Shown: positions 36,171-48,322 of the stretch, piece after piece
How the letters are laid out: every line of letters begins with the position of its first letter
Position numbering within the stretch: the stretch's first letter is position 1
Assembly (NCBI GenBank): GCA_030390025.1
Contig: CM059432.1
Location: 139,998,001 to 140,062,000, forward strand
DNA from: Squalus acanthias
Taxonomy: Eukaryota
Direction: 5' to 3'
Length of the DNA: 64,000 nt
Notes under the pieces: generated by a model
Databases searched by the model: none
What the model was told of the DNA's origin: nothing
The model's input: the letters and a program-made list of their open reading frames with translations, nothing else
Translations under genes and position numbers: made by a program

Positions 36171-36889
36171 CAATGTAAAATAAGATGCAATTATCCACCA
36201 TAATTAGCTATTGAAAATTACATAAGTAAGCACTTAATATCATAATGCTTCGGTTAGGGTCTCAGATGGATTTCAATTACAATGCCGGCCATAAAGAGTG
36301 TTTATGTTTAGCTTATAGACAAAATTATGAAATAGTGCTATCATAATTACAGACTTGTCAGAATAAACTAGTAATTTTACCACTGACATAAATAATTCTA
36401 AAATGTTAAACCTATACTATACTGATTTTCTGCTGCTGTGAAAGCTTAAACTGCATAAGAATTTTTTTTAACCACTTATTAATAAGTGCCTCATACGTAA
36501 ATGACAGAATCCACTTAACATTCTGTCCACAACTGCATTGGGAGGTTGTGGAGTGCACATGCATTATGTTTGACTGAATTCACTTAAACTGACACAATCC
36601 AGGATGGTAGCCAAAGCTGCGTAACTGTTAAACTAATGGTGCTTGGACACCATTCTACTGCAGTAGTTATTGCCTGATGGTAGCATCAGCAAAAATATAG
36701 GATACATTGAAAAATTCAGATCCCATTAATTGGGAAATTCAGCATGATATATAGTTACTCTGAACCTATAACTACCTTCGACTAACCAGACGACTAAACA
36801 ACCTAATCTTAATAGCACAAATTACATGTTCTAACTGAGCACTGTGTGCGTTGAATAAAAATCTCAGTAGCCCAGAGATGGCAAGAAGT

Positions 36890-37055
36890 TAGGAACATAG
36901 GAACAGAAGGAGGCCTTTCAGCCCCTCGAGTCTGTTCCGCCATTCAATTCGATCATGGCTGATCTCTATCTCAACTCCATCTAACCGCCTTGGTTCCATA
37001 TCCCTTAATACTCCTTGCCTAACAAAAATCTATCAATCTCAGATTTGAAATTTTC
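36890..37055 (-). mobile_element. CR1 LINE 3' fragment
   Basis: (TAGGAACA)n tail and CR1 3' stem. Confidence 0.8.
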
Positions 37056-37216
37056 AGATTTAAAAGGTTATTTAACAAATTAAATGCGAACACTTAAAAT
37101 GATTTAGTGACTTTTGTTGTTGCATAATGCTTTGTAAATTGACACCCAGGCCGGGATAATCCTATTCAGAGCGAAGTTGCAGGGTGGGGGGCTTCCCACA
37201 GAACTAAGAGGTTGTG

Positions 37217-37655
37217 ATTGAACAGGCCGGGGCTCTTTTCTCTAGAAAACAGAAGGCTGAGGGGTGTCCTGATCGAGGTCTTTCAAATTATGAAGGGGTT
37301 TGAGAGGGTAGATGTAGAGAAGATGTTTTCACTGGTGGGGGAGTGCAAAACTATGGGCCATAAATATAAAATGATCACCAATAAATCCAATAGGGAATTC
37401 AAGAGCCACTTTTTTACCCAATGAGTGGTTAGAATGTGGAACTCACTACCACATGGAGTAGTTGAGGGGAATGGAATAGATGTATTTAAGGGGAAGATGG
37501 ATAAGTACACGAGGGAGAAAGGAATAGAAGGTTATCTTGACAGGGTGAGATGAAGTGGGGTGGGAGGAGGCTCATGTGGAGCACAAACACCAGCACCGAC
37601 CAGTTGGGCCGAATGGCCTGTTTCTGTGCTGTAGACTCGATGTAATTCTATGTAA
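37217..37655 (+). mobile_element. CR1 LINE 3' fragment, inside a GC-rich MITE-like remnant (~37145-38265)
   Basis: Encodes GLFSLENRRLRGVLIEVFQIMKG...HFFTQ and has a CR1 tail. Confidence 0.85.
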
Positions 37656-39317
37656 TACCGCTGGCCTCTCTGATCCTGCCCTGATTCATTTTGCTGTGTC
37701 AGGGCTCATTTAATATGTACGATGAGCTCCTGGCAGGATTCCTGCCACCAAAGGGGTGCTCACCCTCACCCCAAGGGAAACGCCAGTGATCTTTCAGCGG
37801 AACTGCCGCTGCACCGCCCCAAGAGCCAGGGCTGGGATGAAAGGGCAGAAGCGCACCGAAGACTGATGGGAGCCCCCTACACGGGTAAGTCATCAGGGGC
37901 CAAACTGGAGAGAGAAGAAGCCTCCTCCAAGACCCTATCCCATTATAGCGCCATCCTACTCCTCCACTGGGGGTAACCCAGGACCACTACCGCCATTTCC
38001 TGGGGCTTACCACCATCTTGCACAACGCCAGCCCCGGAGAGTGGTGGTGGGGAGGGGGACGGGAGGGAAATCCGCCGGGGAACTGGGCTACTCCTTGCCC
38101 ACCTGCTACCATTTGCACGAGGCAGGTGGGGAAGGAGCGGTCAGCGGCGATCCCGAGGGATGGGGATCCCGGTCAGTGAGGTGAAGTGGCCGTAGGCCTC
38201 ACAGGCTGCACTTTTGGTCTCTCGCCACCGCGATCTCACCCAATTGTGGAGGAGAATCTCGGCCCTGCTCTGCACTCCATGCCTTTGAGACAAAGCTCTT
38301 TCCTTCAGATAAGAGGAGAGTAAGCAACTATTTTAAAGTTGTTCATTGAAAATAAAATAAAATTGCAAATAAAAGCCTGGTGGCATACTCAACATTATAA
38401 CATATTTATGGGAAATTATCCATTAGTGTTAAAAAATATTACAAAACAGAGTTCAAACTAGCATATAGAGATGATTTAATGATGGTTTCAAAAATGTTCA
38501 AACCTCATTATGTTTCATCACTTTTAGGATTATTAACTCTGAAGCAGACAGGCTTTCTTGGCCATTGACAAATGACTGCGTTTTCATTTTATACAGCTCT
38601 GCACTCCCACTGAGGGTTTAGGAAAATATTGGCCTCAAAATATTATTTTGGACAATTTATTTGACATAGAATCGCTGGAAAGTATTAGCAAAGCACCAGT
38701 AGGGAATTTTATAACCTTATTACTGATCTCCCATGGCATTGCTCGCAAGGGCCTGAAGCATGGTTGCAATGTTGAGTTGTTAAGGCCACTGCTTAGTTAA
38801 CCCTGTGTGGAAGTGTTCGAAATAGGTCTTCAGGTCAATTAGAGGCTAATTATTGTTGTTGTTGCAAGTCTCTCTAGATTGGCAACTCCTTGTTATCTCA
38901 ATAACCTCTCCAGGTTACGCCAAGGCCAGAACAAAAAAAAAACCCAGCAGGAAATTACTTTCTTTTTTGTATTTTTTTTAAGATCGTTCCACTGTAAATT
39001 GCTGATGTTTTAGGCAAACTGTGATGCCTGGGGTACGATGTCAGGAGATAGCATTGTTGGCAGAGTGTCCAACCAGGCGAGAGCTGTGAGCCTTCTTGTT
39101 CTCTCAAGTGCCTGATATCGGGCATTAGAGAGGCGGAGAAAGAAGGATAATGGGGCAAGGGGAGGACTTCTATTGAAACCCCACCGGCCCGAAAGGTAGC
39201 CGTCGGGATTTTACTCTGCCCCATCCAACTCAAAATGCAGCTGCCCGCTCTGCCGTGTGTGAAGGCTGGCGAGGGGGCATGGCTTTCATCACCACCACCA
39301 GCATGGCGCCGCTAACC

Positions 39318-39660
39318 TGGTAAAACATCCCAAGGCACTTCACAGGTGTGTCATCAGACAAAATATGACACCGAACCACGTAAAGAAATATTCGGACAGG
39401 TGACCAAAAACTTAATCAAAAGAAGTAGGATTTAAGGAGCGTCTTAAAGAAGGAGAAAGAGATGGAGATGTTTAGGGAGGGAATTCCAGAGCTCAGGGCC
39501 TAGGAAGCTGTAGGCATGGCTGCCTATGCTCGAGAGGCCAGAATTGGAGGAGCGCAGAGATCTCGGAGGGTTTTGAGCACAAGGATGAGAATTTTCAGTT
39601 CGAGACGTTGCCAGACCGGGGGAGCCAATGTAGGTCAGCGAGCACAGGGGTGATGGGTAT
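39318..39660 (-). mobile_element. L2 LINE 3' fragment
   Basis: Antisense match to 22228-22550. Confidence 0.8.
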
Positions 39661-39989
39661 CTCCATTGTATTTTACTTTCGTATTGCCCTTTCTCGCCCC
39701 CCAGGAAAGAACATCGCTATAAAGGTGGCATTGTCAGGAACAGTATGGCTAGGAGGCCCAGAGGTGGGAGAGTACTGTGGAGGTCATTGCTGAAGCTATG
39801 TCGTGGACCTGTGAAGCAACCTAATAACTAAAACAGACAGAGGACAACTGAGGCAGTTGAGACCTTTGCCTGGAAAGTTGACGAGATAATGAGTTTAAAA
39901 TCTTTGAATATTTTTTGGAAAGCTATGGATTCTGCTTTAGGAATTCAGTTGTTCCTATGCCTTGGGCAAAAGGATGGCAATGATACCGA

Positions 39990-40192
39990 GGCAGAGAGGA
40001 TTGAAGCCAGGGGAGTCTGGCATCATAGATGCCTTGAAAACCCCCACCCGCAGATGCCCATGCCAGAGGGTATGCAGACCAAGGTGATTCCTAGAGTTCT
40101 CAGACGGGCAGTGTGTGAGTGAGTTGTGCTTCCCATGGGAGGCCGTAGGAACGTTATGCCAGCCTGCTACCCCAGATTTGTAGCCAATTTCC
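39990..40192 (+). pseudogene. Decayed Harbinger transposase N-terminal remnant
   Basis: QRVCRPR*FLEFSDGQCVSELCFPWEAVGTLCQPATPDL*P matches RVYRPR..FL..SEEQC.RRLRF.KEAV..LC.LL.PDLQP. Confidence 0.65.
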
Positions 40193-40224
40193 ACCCATAT
40201 GGCAATTAGGGGTCAGTTTGAAGA

Positions 40225-40507
40225 CATAGAATTACATACAGCACAGAAACAGCCCATTCGGCCCAACCAGTCCATGCCGGCGTTTATGCTCCACTCGAGC
40301 CTCCTCCCGTCTTTCCTCATCTAATTCTATTAGCATAACCCTCTATTCCCTTCTCCCTCATATGCTTGTCTAGCTTCCCCTTAAATGCATCTATACTATT
40401 CGACCCAACTAATCACTGTGGTAGCGGATTCCACATTCTCACCACTCTCTGGGTAAAGAAGTTTCTTCTGAATTCCCTATTTGATTTCATGGTGACTATA
40501 TTGATGG
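40225..40507 (-). mobile_element. CR1 LINE 3' fragment
   Basis: CATAGAATTACATACAGCACAGAAAC tail and ORF2 end. Truncated at ...ATTGATGG. Confidence 0.85.
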
Positions 40508-40632
40508 TCATACTACACTTACCATATTTCGTGTCTTGGATTACTCATACACTGTATCCCAAATTATTATTTTCTGAAAGAAAGCTCTCTAGTTTTATTT
40601 GAATGAATCGATGCTTCACAGCTCACATTCCC
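40508..40632 (-). repeat. 125-bp inverted duplicate of 19631-19755
   Basis: Reverse complement matches at 124/125 positions by manual comparison. Confidence 0.93.
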
Positions 40633-41224
40633 AATACCTGCTCAGTTACATCAACAGATAGGCTTATCATTCTCTTTAACATTTCCTGCTTGTGTGTGCT
40701 GCTAATCACATGTTCATGCATGCTAATACAGAAGCTGCTAGTCTGCGCCGGCTCTTTCGAAGAGCGATCCAGTTAGTCCCACTCCCCCACTCTTTCCCCA
40801 TATCTCTGCAATCTTTTCTCCTTCGAGTATTTATCCAATTCCCTTTTGAAGTGATGCTTTTGTTCTACACTGTTAGTCAGCCAGAGAAATGCGCCCAGAT
40901 GGTTGTGTGGAGACCAGGCATATATCTTGCAACCATGGTGGATGACCCTACTCTGGCATCCAAGGTCAGCTGCGGACAACAGATACAACAAAGCTCTGGG
41001 AGTGAGCAAGACACATCGTCATAGAGAAGACAATTGGGATACTAAATTCCTGCTTTAGGTACCTGGATAGTTCTGGGGTGCACTGCAGTACAGCCCAGCA
41101 AGGGTCTTCTGAATTGTAGTGCCATGCTGGATGTATCACAATTTTCCAATTTCAGAAGGATTGGTCCTTCCATTTGTTGGTGATAAGGATGAGAAGGGCC
41201 AGGCTCTTCATATCCCTAGCATGA

Positions 41225-41610
41225 AGATCTTGAGATTTTAAAAATGTCAAATTTTACATTTAAAATATTATTTTCTTACTTTTCCTTTCTGTCTCTTTTT
41301 TTTCTCTCTCTCTCTTAATCCAATCTTTCTTTCCCCTCTCTTTATTTCTCTTCCTGTACCTGATTTGACTCTAATTCACCCGATTTCCTTCTCCATCGTT
41401 TTTCTGTTTCTTTCTCAATCTTTAAATCTCATTGGTTAAGGAGCTAGACTGTTGGTCCCGTCGTTCACTGAGGTCCCAGATGCCCCGCTGCCCTCGCCGG
41501 CCTGTTATCAGCTCGCACTGCAAGCAAGTTAGGGTGCAAAAATATTTTGAGCTGAAGGGTGAGCGAAGAAGTCTAACTAATGGGGCCCTACTCCAGCAAC
41601 AATCAGGCCC
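41225..41610. mobile_element. Right half of a Harbinger/PHIS-type MITE (18674 family)
   Basis: Shared pyrimidine tract, ATTGGTTAAGGAG and terminus CAATCAGGCCC. Confidence 0.7.
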
Positions 41611-41846
41611 ATTGAGATCTCTGGAAATAAACCAAGGAAGAAGATGCTGCCAAAGTCATAGTGAAAGAGGAGGTAGTTGAGATACTGGATGGAATAAAAA
41701 TTGATAAGGAGGAGGTACTAGAAAACCTGGCTGTACTTAAAGTAGATAAGTCACCAGGACCGGATGGGATGCATCCTAGGATGCTGAGGGAAGTAAAGGT
41801 GGAAATTGCGGAGGTATTGGCCATAATCTTCCAATCCTCCTTGGAT

Positions 41847-42934
41847 CTTCTTCTTCTTAGGCAGTCCCTCGGAACCGAGGATGACTTGCTTCCACGTTAA
41901 AAATGAGTTCTCAGGTGACTGATGAGTCCAATGCGGGACCTACAGTCTCTGTCACAGGTGGGGCAGACGGTGGTTGAAGGGGCAGGTGGGTGGGATGCTT
42001 GGGTTGACGTGCGCTCCTTCCGCTTGGCTTCCGCTTGCTCCTGGCGAAGAGACTCGAGGTGTTTGGCGCCTTCCCGGATGCTTCTCCTCCATTTGTGCGG
42101 TCTTGGGCCAGGGATTCCCAGGTGTCAGTGGGGATGTTGCACTTTTTCAAGGAGGCTTTGAGGGTGTCCTTAAAGCGTTTCCTTTGCCGACCTGGGGCTC
42201 TCTTGCCGTGTCGGAGCTCCGAGTAGAGCGCTTGTTTTGGGAGTCTCGTATCGGGCATGCAGACAATGTGGCCTGTCCATCGGAGCTGATCGAGCGCGGT
42301 CAAAGCTTCGATTGGTGCGCCTATCCTGCCAATGGATTTGCAGGATCTTGTGGAGGCAGCATTGGTGGTACCTCTCCAGAGCTTTGAGGTGCCTGCTGTA
42401 CATGGTCCATGTCTCTGAGGCATACAGCCGGGCGGGTATCACGGCTGCTCTGTAAACCATGAGCTTAGTGCTGGGTTTGAGGTCCTGGTCTTCAAGCACT
42501 CTCTTCCTCAGGCGACCGAAGGCTGCACTGGCACACTGAAGGCGGTGTTGGACTTCGTCGTCGACGTCTGCCCTCGTTGACAGTAGGCTTCCGAGGTATG
42601 GAAAGTGGTCCACGTTGTCCAAGGCCTTGTCGTTGATTTTGATAATCGGGGGGCAGTACTGTGTGGCGGGGGCAGGTTGGTAGAGGACCTTTGTCTTACA
42701 GATGTTTCGTGTAAGGCCCATGCTCTCGTACGCTTTGGTGAAGGTGTTGACGATGGTTTGGAGTTCAACTTCCGAGTGAGCGCAGACGCAAGCGTCATCT
42801 GCTTACTGTAATTCAACAACAGAGGATGGGACGACCTTGGATCTGGACTGAAGGCGATGGAGGTTGAACAGTTTCCCATTTGTTCTGTAAATTAGCTCCA
42901 CTCCAGCGGGGAGCTTACTGAGGGTGAGATGAGG
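41847..42934 (-). mobile_element. RTE LINE, 5'-truncated, with 24-bp TSD
   Basis: TSD ATAATCTTCCAATCCTCCTTGGAT at 41823-41846 and 42935-42958. RT motifs NVDHFPYLGSLLS, YASETWT. (AAG)n tail. Confidence 0.93.
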
Positions 42935-43277
42935 ATAATCTTCCAATCCTCCTTGGATTCTGGGCTGGTGCCAGAGGACTGGAGAATTGCAAATGTTACA
43001 CCCTGTTCAAAAAAGGGTGTAAGCATAAGCCCAGCAACTACAGGCCAGTCAGTTTGACCTCGGTAGTGGGGAAGCTTTTAGAATCGATAATCCAGGACCA
43101 AATTAACACTCACTTGGACAAGTGTGGATTATTTAAGGAAAGCCAGCACTGATTTGTTAAAGGCAAATCGTGTTTAACTAACTTGATTGAGTTTTTTGAT
43201 GAGGTAACAGAGAGGGTTGATGAGGGCAATGCGGTTGATGTGGTGTACATGGACTTCCAAAAGGCGTTTGATAAAGT

Positions 43278-43460
43278 CTTCTCTTCTCTCTTAGGCAGTC
43301 CCTCGGAACCGAGGATGACTTGCTTCCACATTAAAAATGAGTTCTCAGGTGACTGATGAGTCCAATGCGGGACCTACAGTCTCTGTCACAGGTGGGGCAG
43401 ACGGTGGTTGAAGGGGCGGGTGGGTGGGGTGCTTGGATTGACGTGCGCTCCTTCCGCTTG
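43278..43460 (-). mobile_element. RTE LINE, short 3' fragment
   Basis: Encodes CPTCDRDCRSRIGLISHLRTHF* with tail. Splits the CR1 at FDKV|..NRL with no TSD seen. Confidence 0.9.
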
Positions 43461-44044
43461 GCATATAATAGGCTTGCCAGCAAAGTTGAAGCCCATGGAA
43501 TAAAAGGGACAGTGGCAGTATGGATACGAAATTGGCTAAGTGACAGGAAACAGAGAGTAGTGGAGAACGGTTGTTTTTCAGACTGGAGGAAGATATACAG
43601 TGATGTTCCCCAGGGACCAGTACTAGGACCACTGCTTTTCTTGATATATATTAATGACTTGGACTTGGGTATACAGGGCACAATTTCAAAATTTGCAGAT
43701 GACACAAATCTTGGAAGTATAGTGAACAGTGAGGAGGATAGTGATAGACTTCAAGAAGACATGACAGGCTGGTGGAATGGGCGGACACGTGGCAGATAAC
43801 ATTTAACGCAGCAAAGTCCAACGTGATACATTTTGGTAGAAAGAACAAGGAGAGGCAATATAAATTAAAGGGTACAATTCTAAGGGGGGTGTAGGAACAG
43901 GGAGACCTGGGGGTATATGTGCACAAATCGTTGAAGGTGGCAGGGCAGGTTGAGAAAGCGGTTAAAAAAGCATACGAGATCCTAGGCTTCATAAATAGAG
44001 AGGTCGCACAACACCAGGTTATAGTCCAACAGTTTTATTTGAAA

Positions 44045-44083
44045 TCACAAGCTTTCGGAGCTTACTACTCCTTCGTCGGGTGA
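44045..44083 (-). ncRNA. Minimal type I hammerhead ribozyme motif (core variant CCGACGA)
   Basis: UCAC-CCGACGA-A-GGAG(UAGUAAG)CUCC-GAAAGCUU-GUGA. Stem I UCAC/GUGA, stem II GGAG/CUCC, palindromic AAGCUU. Confidence 0.75.
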
Positions 44084-44412
44084 AGTAAAAAGATACAGAA
44101 TCGCCAAAGCATATATAGATAGAGAACAATGCATGTGTACCTTACAATTGCAGACAACTAAATTAAATCATCCTGACTATCTGCCGAGGTGTGATAAAGT
44201 TAATCAGGTCAGCCAGGAAGGTACCACATCAAAGACATAGCAAGATACAACTGAGACAATGAGGTGGAGTCGCAGGGGGTCTAACGTGTCAAAAGCTGCC
44301 GTCTGTATGTAAAACGATAAGCTTTAAAATTTTTACTTTTTTACTGGGAAAATTTTTACTTTTTTACTGGGAATCACATCTGTGAACAAGCCAACGACAA
44401 CTCGAGTCCGGA

Positions 44413-45986
44413 TCACGTCATGTATCGTGACATAAACCCAAGATCCTGGTTGAGACCATCTTCATGAGTGCGAAACTTGGCTATCAGTTTCTGCTCGATG
44501 ATTTTGCGTTGTCGTGTGTTCCTAAGGTTGCCTTGGAGAACGCTTACCCGCAGATCCGAGGCTGAATGTCCTTGACTGCTGAAGTGTTCCCGACTGGGAG
44601 GTAACAATCCTGCCTGGCGATTGTTGCGCGGTGCTCGTTCATACGTTGTCTCAGTGTCTGCATGGTCTCGCCGATGTACCATGCCGCGGTGCATTCTTTC
44701 CTGCAACGTATGAGGTAGACAACGTTGGCCGAGTCACATGAGTATGTACCATGTACCTGGTGGGTAGTGTCCTCACGTGTGATGGTGGTATCTGTGTTGA
44801 TGATCTGGCATGTCTTGCAGAGTTTGCCGTGGCAGGGTTGTGTGGTGTCGTGGTCGCTTTATCCTGAAAGCTGGGTAATTTGCTGCGAACTATGGTACTT
44901 CTGAGGTTAGGCGGCTGTTTGAAGGCAAGTAGTGGAGGCGTGGGGATGGCCTTAGCGAGGTGTTTGTCGTCATCGATGACATGTTGAAGGCTGCGAAGAA
45001 CATGGCGTAGTTTCTCCGCTCCGGGGAAGTACTGGACAACGTAGGGTACCCTGTTGGTTGTGTCCCGTGTTTGCCTTCTGAGGAGGTCTATGCGATTTTT
45101 CGCTGTGGCCCGTCGGAACTGTCGATCGATGAGTCGAGCGTCATATCCCGTTCTTACGAGGGCGTTTTTCAGCGTCCGTAGGTGTCCATCGCGTTCCTCC
45201 TCGTCTGAGCAGATCCTGTGTATTCGCAGGGCTTGTCCATAGGGGATGGCTTCTTTAACGTGGAAGCTGGAGAAGTGGAGCATCGTGAGGTTGTCTGTGG
45301 GCTTGCGGTAGAGTGAAGTGCTGAGGTGTCCATCTTTGATGGAGATTCGTGTGTCCAGGAATGAAACCGATTCTGAGGAGTAGTCCATGGTGAGTTTGAT
45401 GGTGGGATGGAACTTGTTTATGTTATCGTGTAGTCTTTTCAGTGATCCTTCGCCATGGGTCCAAAGGAAGAAAATGTCGTCGATGTATCTGGTGTACAGC
45501 GTTGGCTGGAGGTCCTGTGCAGCGAAGAAGTCTTGCTCGAACTTGTGCATGAAGATGTTGGCGTATTGGGGTGCGAATTTGGTCCCCATGGCTGTTCCGT
45601 GTGTTTGGGTAAAAAAATGGTTGTCGAAGGTGAAGACATTGTGGTCAAGGATGAAGCGGATGAGTTGTAGGATGGCGTCTGGAGATTGGCTGTTGTTGGT
45701 GTTGAGTACTGAGGCTGTCGCAGCGATGCCGTCATCGTGGGGGATACTGGTGTAGAGTGCCGATACGTCCATCGTGGCGAGGAGTGTTCCTGGTTCAACT
45801 GGTCCGTGGGTGCTGAGTTTTTGTAAGAAGTTTGTAGTGTCGCGACAGAAGCTGGGGGTTCCCTGTACGATGGGTTTCAGAATGCCCTCGACGTATCCAG
45901 AGAGGTTCTCACACAGGGTTCCATTGCCTGATACGATAGGACGTCCGGGTGTGTTGGCTTTGTGTATCTTTGGGAGGCAGTAGAAG
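44413..45986 (-). pseudogene. Penelope RT/GIY-YIG ORF, truncated, frameshift near 44860
   Basis: ORF 44651..45772 holds the RT core. The Cys-rich linker and GIY-YIG domain continue in another frame, ending RTHEDGLNQDLGFMSRYMT*. Confidence 0.88.
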
Positions 45987-48067
45987 TAGAGGCATAGAGT
46001 TCAAAAGCAAGGAAGTTATGATGAACCTTTATAAAACACTGGTTTGGCCTCAACTGGAGTATTGTGTCCAATTCTGGGCACCGCACTTTAGGAAGGATGT
46101 AAGGCTTTAGAGAGGGTGCAGAAAAGATTTACAAGAATGGTTTCATGGATGAGGGACTTCAGTTATGTGGATAGACTGGAGAAGCTGGGGTTGTTCTCCT
46201 TAGAGCAGAGAAGGTTGAGAGGAGATTTAATAGAGGTGTTCAAAATCATGAGGGGTCCAGACAGAGTAGATAGAGAGAAACTGTTCCCATTGGCGGAAGG
46301 GTCGAGAACCAGAGGACACAGATTTAAGTTGATTGGCAGAAGAACCAAAGGTGACATGAGGAAAAACTTTTTTACGCAACAAGTGGTTAGGATCTGGAAT
46401 GCACTGCCTGAGGGTGGTGGAGGCAGATTCAATTGTGGCTTTCAAAAGGGAATTGGATAAGTACCTGAAGGAAAAAAGTTTGCAGGGCTATGGGGAAAGG
46501 GCCGGGCGAGTGGGACTAGCTTAAATGCTCTTGCAGAGAGCCGGCACGGGCTCGACGGGCTGAATGGCCTCCTTCTGTGCTGTAACCATTCTATGATTCT
46601 ATGTTTCTATCATAAACAGGTTTGTTTCCTATCAGAATAGATCTTTGTCATCAGGAAACTGAGGAATACGTACGGACTGTATGAGATGATGCAAAGTCTG
46701 AACAATACTGAAATAAACTACTAGCTGAACGTGGCCAGACAATGAGACAGGCTTATTATTCTTACTGATAATTTAATTTCTTCCCCCTCATTTTAGACTT
46801 ATTTTCTTCTTCTAGTTCTGCATGTTCCCATGTGAACAGCGCCAGCCCACAACTAAGAGGGTAATTAGGTGCGTGGTTCCTAGGCTTTTGCCAATGCTGC
46901 TCTAAGCCCACTATAAGGAGAATGATGTGGTTGAACTCCTCATCCCTCAAAGGTTTTGTTCAGCTTATTGCCAGATGATACACAGTGGAGTTTGGGAACT
47001 AACACTGTGGGAAGATTGACTTGAATGGAGAGTAAAATCTGGCGTGGTGTAAAGCCAGCGTCGCATCCGATCCCATCAGTTTCCCGCCGGGCAGGTAAAG
47101 GTAAAAGTGCTCCCATTGTTGCTGTTTATCCAGGTCAAATCTATTCTTTGGTAGAGTCCATTGAACCTGTTTAATCTACTGAGGGAAAGATCTGTAAAGT
47201 CTTGACTTTCACTCCCCACCCCAACAGTAAATCTCATAAAATTACAGAATATCTGTCTAATTTTACATGCTACATCACTCATCCTTCTCTATTGCATTCC
47301 GAACCATAACAATTCCACGGACCCAGCAGCCCAGAGCTATCATTTTCCATGCAGCAGTTGGCCATCTCCTTCAGTCTCCTTTAACCCTTGGTTGCATTCA
47401 TAACCATCCAGCTCTTCTTTAAGATGTAAACAAATGTTTCAGCTGGAAGTCTATTCCATAACCAATGCTCTGAAGAAGAGAAAATCCTTTTATCTCAAGA
47501 TTTGCTTGAGACTTGCTAATTGTATGCTTCTATATGCTGTAGCTTTGTACTCACAATCATAATTAAATGAGCTGTCACAATTATCCATTCCTTTCAGTAA
47601 TTTAAAAACTAGGCTCATGTCTTCTCACAATCTTTTCCGACATGAAAACAAGTTTAATTCTGCATTGTATTTAGTAATTTGGGCTTCTAAATCCCACAGT
47701 CACCCTTGGTGATCTTCCCCGAACTTTTTCCAATGATGAATGTCCTGTTAAAGGCTGTGGGTCCAAAGATTTGCAGCCCTTCCAGTGCACTCCAGCCATA
47801 GAGGATGTGGTGCAGAAGGGTGGGTATTGGGCTGGGCTCTGGCTATGCTGAGTCCAGGACTCCTCCTCCTCCAGTTTCCGCAAGGCCTTGTTTGGAGGCA
47901 CTTAGGCCTGATGTTTCCTCATCACCAGCCTGGCAGAACAGCAGCAGCCAGTATGCCCAGTGAATGGAGGCATAACTGCCCAGTGCAGGGGCTTAGTGAG
48001 GCACATCTGGGGATCCAGGCTTGGGTTGTGGCCTGGACCTTTGAAAACATTTTTTTTTCTGTGATAC

Positions 48068-48322
48068 TTGACCCTTGTTCCTGGCAGTCCAATCCTGATC
48101 CTTGTTCCTGGCAGTCCAATCCTAACCCTTTTTCCTGGCAGTCCAATCCTGATCCTTGTTCCTGGCAGGCCAATCCTGACCCTTGTTCCTGGCAGGCGAG
48201 CCCTGACCCTTGTTCCTGATAGGCCAATCCTGACCCTTGTTCTTGGCAGGTCAATCCTGACCTTTGTTCTTGGCAGGCCAATCCTGACCCTTGTTCCTGG
48301 TAGTCCAATCTTGACCCTTGTT
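48068..48322. repeat. 27-bp minisatellite (~9.5 units)
   Basis: Unit CCTGACCCTTGTTCCTGGCAGGCCAAT with variants. Confidence 0.95.

Larger units (their letters stand above)
44001..45986 (-). mobile_element. Penelope-like retroelement, 5'-truncated (RT + GIY-YIG endonuclease)
   Basis: LPKIHK..PGRPIVS, MDVSALYTSIP, GTAMGTKFAPQYANIFM, RYIDD, VVYLIRC..WYIGET. TAGAG duplicated at 43996-44000 and 45987-45991. Confidence 0.93.
41631..46602 (+). mobile_element. 5'-truncated CR1 LINE (RT region to tail) carrying three nested insertions
   Basis: KSPGPDGMHPR, YMDFQKAFDK, VPQGPVLGPLLFLIYINDL, KFADDT and the (ATTCTATG)n tail are collinear once the inserts are removed. Confidence 0.93.

Noticed and set aside
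34997..36203. 333-aa and overlapping ORFs
   Set aside because: They are translations of the 67-bp tandem array, antisense to the CR1.
43331..43799. Chimeric RTE/CR1 ORFs (124 and 147 aa)
   Set aside because: They are junction artefacts of an RTE fragment inserted antisense into CR1.
44328..44372. 23-bp tandem duplication in the Penelope 3' region (similar small duplications at ~29101-29147 and ~33849-33877)
   Set aside because: These are ordinary slippage-type duplications with no further structure.
17589..48322. Tandem arrays at 17.6, 35.1 and 48.1 kb as CRISPR arrays
   Set aside because: There are no unique spacers and no cas genes, and the context is eukaryotic.
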